From Entomortierella parvispora E1425 (lineage: Eukaryota > Fungi > Mortierellomycota): 64,000 nucleotides of DNA. How positions within the stretch are numbered: position 1 is the first letter of the stretch; every line of letters begins with the position of its first letter. Where the stretch lies: positions 372,001-436,000 of the forward strand of contig BQFW01000015.1 of the NCBI GenBank assembly GCA_020891255.1, written 5' to 3'. Below, in pieces: positions 61,926 to 64,000 of the stretch. The notes beneath the pieces were generated by a model. That model had not been told where the DNA came from, did no database searches, and saw nothing but the letters and a program-made list of their open reading frames with translations. Position numbers and translations under genes: made by a program.

Positions 61926-63280
61926 TTAGTCCTGGAACATGAGGGCAATCACTTCTGGATTCATGCGATCTTCTCCATCGCTTTCAGTGGCCATCCACAG
62001 TCGAACGATCGCCTCCCAGGTCCACACAAACTGGACTTCAGAGGTTTTGAACAGCAGTTGATCTTCTGCGACTTGTTCTTTCAGGTGCTGTCTGCCGTCC
62101 GACGCTTTCTTGGCCAGCGTGTGGTCGCTAGCGCTGGTCGTGTTCCGGAGGCCATCGCTCTTTCCCCAGGCATGTGGCGTGGCTACCCTGCGAGAAGTGG
62201 CCACCTTCCTCATTAAGCGAGTGTAGTAATATCTGCTGAAATTGGTAATAGATGAGATGGCAGCATCCCGATCCTTGTAGCTGTCGCTCTCAAATCTTCC
62301 CCACTTTTCCTCTAGCTGGGCCCTAGAGACATGCGAGACACCTTCACAGGTCAGAAGGGACCTCACCTCCTCCCGCAGAGCCTTGGTCTGTTGAACAAAC
62401 CCATTCTCTTCCAGTGCCTGTCGCACAAGATCAGGTGCAAACTTGAGCACATACGGAAGGACAGCCATCATCTTTTCCAATCGTCGAAGGCGGTACCTGA
62501 ACAAGAGTTGAGGTTCGCTCTCCTCTGTCCAGGAGATTCTATAGCTATTCGATTCCCAATCTCGCGATTTCTTTTCTTTGGGGGAACGAGATGGCGATGG
62601 GCTGCCTTTTTTCTCCTCCTCCTCCTCCTCCTCCTCCTCCTCCTCCTCCTCCTCCTCCTCCTGTTCCTCCTTGGCCCTTTTCCTCTCTTCTTCAACCTCC
62701 TTTTCAGTCAAGTAAACAGTCAGGTGGTACTCTTCCTTCATACTCAAAGGCTGGGTCAGCGGCACAAGGATAGGTTCCAGAAGATCGAACGACTCCTTGA
62801 CCTCTAGACGGTCGTGAACAAAGTCTCGAACGTTGTCCAGGAGGTCAAGGGTGGATCCCATTGTCCAGGAGGTCAAGGGTGGATCCCAAGAGACTTGAGC
62901 AGTCAGTGGAGACGACCCGTTCCGAAAATTGACGGAACGCGACCCTCTCTTGCTGCCAGGTTCGCTCCTGGCTATCTTTCCATTCGGCACCAAGGCGATT
63001 GGGGTCGAACCATTGAGATCGAACTGGGCCTGTCAGTGCCTCCACCTCCGGGTCTAAATGAAAGACGCGAGACGGAAGTGAAAGGGACAAAGCTGTTTAG
63101 GTACTATGACTCGCTCCCTTTCAATAAAACGTGAGAATGTTATCCGATAGACCACATGCCTGACTTGGAGACAAAGTCTTCTAAAGACGATGGATCCACC
63201 ACTGATGTGGGGACAGCGGTTACGGCTGTGCAAAGAATAGCCAGTGAGAGAAACACAATTGGATTCTTGAGAACGGTCAT
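61926..63280 (-). pseudogene. Secreted array protein copy I, frame broken by a 28 bp tandem duplication; GC-AG intron
   Basis: Exon 1 MTVLKNPIVFLSLAILCTAVTAVPTSVVDPSSLEDFVSKS G|gcatgt; exon 2 D-PEVEALTGP. TTGTCCAGGAGGTCAAGGGTGGATCCCA is duplicated at 62833-62860 and 62861-62888. Confidence 0.8.
62590..62662. repeat. (CTC)n/(GAG)n microsatellite encoding the poly-Glu linker of array copy I
   Basis: Uninterrupted ctcctcctc run giving about 20 consecutive Glu codons on the minus strand. Confidence 0.9.
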
Positions 63281-63840
63281 CGCCTTAACGTTGAAAACAA
63301 GAAAAAGGAGAATAAGACTTAAGGGTGAAGGACAAGGTTATGGAAGAAAGGAATCAATGATGACGATTTGCATGAAGGGAGCTAGAGAATGGGCGTCATC
63401 CCATCTCCTCATCTGCTGCGTTCTTTTTGGGGTGGCATGTTTGTTGCACAAACAACAGAAAAGAGTCGACTTTGAACCCGCTCGGTCTCCCTGCTCAAAG
63501 AATCCTGTTGGTGCAGACGAATCGCGCTTGAATGAAACGCGACACCTTCCAGGACGTGCATTTCAGGGGGATCTTGAGCACGAGTGAACTCCGCGAACCC
63601 CCCACCTCACCTCACAAGAGGGCGAGGAGAGGAGCGACATTCTTCACTCGCCTTTCATAACCTGTGTGGCTGGATACAACACGAGTCGGATTTCACCATC
63701 TCAAGATGAGTTTAGTCATGTTATTGTGCAGTAAAAGCTCGGATCGTGTTTTTTTTGCCCAGGTGTTTTTAATAATCTATTGGGGTGAGTAGATACCACT
63801 CATTCCTTCTTCCTCTATCTGGTTTGCTCATAATCCTGAA

Positions 63841-64000
63841 TCACTCTGCGCTTTTGTTGGCACAGCAGAACTCAATGTCGACAACTTCCTTGGGGGCAGT
63901 GACACTCAGAATCTGAGGTACTGTCTTGCCAATCATAACATTATCCTCAATCCGGATACCGATGCCCTGGTATTTCTCTGGGTAGGCAGGGTCTCTTGGG
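63841..64000 (-). CDS. ICP55: 3' end of an aminopeptidase P / intermediate cleaving peptidase (M24B), runs off the window
   Basis: PRDPAYPEKYQGIGIRIEDNVMIGKTVPQILSVTAPKEVVDIE...* carries the M24B GIGIRIED(D/N)V metal-ligand motif. The ICP55 assignment rests on this fragment alone. Confidence 0.75.
   Translation of the reverse strand, partial: PRDPAYPEKYQGIGIRIEDNVMIGKTVPQILSVTAPKEVVDIEFCCANKSAE

Overview
Intron-containing fungal genomic DNA, most likely Mortierellaceae: the elongase at 30.5-31.9 kb closely matches my recollection of Mortierella alpina MALCE1. The left two-thirds holds conserved genes (UTP23, MDM31, COG5, a velvet factor, MRPL6, MRP2, a METTL23-like methyltransferase, MALCE1, an SLMAP/Vps64-like FHA protein, a LAG1-family ceramide synthase). 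It also holds accessory material: a frameshifted NACHT-HEAT NLR-like gene, a duplicated Cys-rich secreted protein plus MDR dehydrogenase unit, a subtilisin relic and a Fanzor/TnpB-like relic with downstream hairpins. The main feature is a ~20 kb tandem array (43.7-63.3 kb, all minus strand) of at least nine paralogs of a family I do not recognise. The ORF track shows each paralog as two unrelated ORFs, but in the eight copies with a 5' end a signal-peptide exon splices in frame through a conserved phase-1 intron onto a ~350 aa exon. The proteins have two invariant cysteines on either side of an acidic, dibasic-site linker, plus a hypervariable segment. Three copies are disrupted. The window ends in the 3' end of an ICP55-like aminopeptidase P. 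All gene models were built by eye, and no database searches were run.
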